64,000 nucleotides of DNA, from contig OZ253947.1 in assembly GCA_965267345.1 (NCBI GenBank), forward strand, positions 398,665-462,664. Reading direction: 5' to 3'. Under the pieces are notes generated by a model, which saw nothing but the letters and a program-made list of their open reading frames with translations, had not been told where the DNA came from and did not search any database. Made by a program: the position numbers and the translations under genes. The DNA comes from Minisyncoccota bacterium. GTDB lineage: Bacteria; Patescibacteriota; Minisyncoccia; Phycocordibacterales; UBA2100. Numbering within the stretch: the stretch's first letter is position 1; each line of letters starts with the position of its first letter. Shown one piece after another: positions 63,156 through 64,000 of this stretch.

Positions 63156-64000
63156 CTATTCGTCCGTCACGTGCTTGCTTGAGGCAAGCACGTGACGGAC
63201 GAGCGCATTCGCGTATCCCATCTCATTGTCGTACCACGCAAGTACTTTCACTAACGTGTCACCGACAACACGCGTCATGCCAAGGTCAGCAATTGACGCA
63301 TGGGTGTTGCCGATAATATCGGTTGAAACCAACGGGTCAGTGGTGACTGCAAAAAGCCCCTGCCACTTCTCCTGTTCTGCTGCCGTGCGCAACACATCAT
63401 TCACCTCTTCAGCTGTTGTTTCGCGCTTGGCAATAAAGGTCACATCGGCAATGGAGCCGGCCGGCACCGGCACGCGCAGCGCAATGCCGTCAAACTTATT
63501 ACTGAGTTGCGTGTGTGCCTGCGTTGTTGCCACTGCTGCACCGGTTGATGTCGGAATAATATTCACTGCTGCTGCCCGACCGCGTCGCGGGTCTTTTCCT
63601 GACGGACCGTCAACCGTTCGCTGTGTTGCGGTGTAGCCATGCACGGTGTTGAGCATTGCTTTTTCAATGCCAATCGCCTCGTCGAGAATACCTACCAGCG
63701 GGCTGCCCGCATTTGTGGTACATGAAGCGTTCGAGGTAATAGTGCACGTTTTAAGTGCATCATCATTCACACCCATAAGCACCGTTGCGCCGTCCACACC
63801 TGCGGCAGCTGGGTCGTCTTTGACGGGCGCGGAAATGACGATGCGCTTCGCCCCCGCAGTGAAGTGTGCCTTTGCCTTTTCGTAGCTGGTGAACACCCCC
63901 GTTGCTTCAACGACAACGTCAATATTCATAGCAGCCCACGGGAGCTGCGCTGGGTCTTTCTCCTGCACAAATTGCACACCTTCAAATGCCCGCAGTACGT
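63156..64000 (-). CDS. gap: Glyceraldehyde-3-phosphate dehydrogenase. 5'-partial: the N-terminus lies beyond the window end.
   Basis: ASCTTNAGSPLVGILDE (the active-site Cys region) and the C-terminal WYDNEMGYANALVRHV. Confidence 0.88.
   Translation of the reverse strand, partial: VLRAFEGVQFVQEKDPAQLPWAAMNIDVVVEATGVFTSYEKAKAHFTAGAKRIVISAPVKDDPAAAGVDGATVLMGVNDDALKTCTITSNASCTTNAGSPLVGILDEAIGIEKAMLNTVHGYTATQRTVDGPSGKDPRRGRAAAVNIIPTSTGAAVATTQAHTQLSNKFDGIALRVPVPAGSIADVTFIAKRETTAEEVNDVLRTAAEQEKWQGLFAVTTDPLVSTDIIGNTHASIADLGMTRVVGDTLVKVLAWYDNEMGYANALVRHVLASSKHVTDE

Overview
This 64 kb window looks like a high-GC (~58%), gene-dense bacterial chromosome segment. Several features suggest a reduced-genome Patescibacteria/CPR-like lineage, but this is an inference I cannot confirm without a database search. 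The supporting features are a split transketolase, a ValRS lacking the C-terminal coiled coil, a giant LamG-repeat secreted protein, a type IV prepilin, tandem VirB2/TrbC-like mini-pilin paralogs, an inserted four-helix-bundle gene, and frequent leaderless promoters. The core content is housekeeping: gyrA, S1, pth, lepB, a HisRS-like gene, rpsU, ybeY, ftsA, ftsZ, trxB, tsaD, valS, lepA, murJ, class II RNR, thiI, msrAB, htpX/lemA, and a glycolysis/non-oxidative pentose-phosphate cluster (fba, pfkB-family kinase, split tkt, rpe, rpiB, gap). I called eight tRNA genes. I also found an RNase P RNA gene (rnpB, minus strand, about 38026-38406) that the ORF track covers with spurious ORFs. The best candidate system is a lower-GC island of about 6 kb bounded by tRNA-Val and tRNA-Glu/tRNA-Ser. 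It carries a Gabija-like defence pair: an OLD-family ATPase-TOPRIM nuclease translationally coupled to a UvrD-like helicase. Next to it sit an atypical eukaryotic-like protein kinase and a small ORF; a functional link between them and the Gabija pair is speculative. Other notable points: a family of conserved non-coding elements immediately 3' of three tRNA genes, one of them flanked by a 21-bp duplication of the tRNA-Arg 3' end; a low-GC four-helix-bundle gene inserted between the two transketolase subunit genes; a recurrent 20-nt extended -10 motif (TGCTATACTG..CCGTTAG) plus many -10-like hexamers 6-10 nt upstream of start codons; 14-bp-period tandem repeats in several promoter regions; and a compositionally aberrant GC-rich mini-ORF with its own SD and terminator. 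I found no CRISPR array, rRNA gene or obvious transposase.
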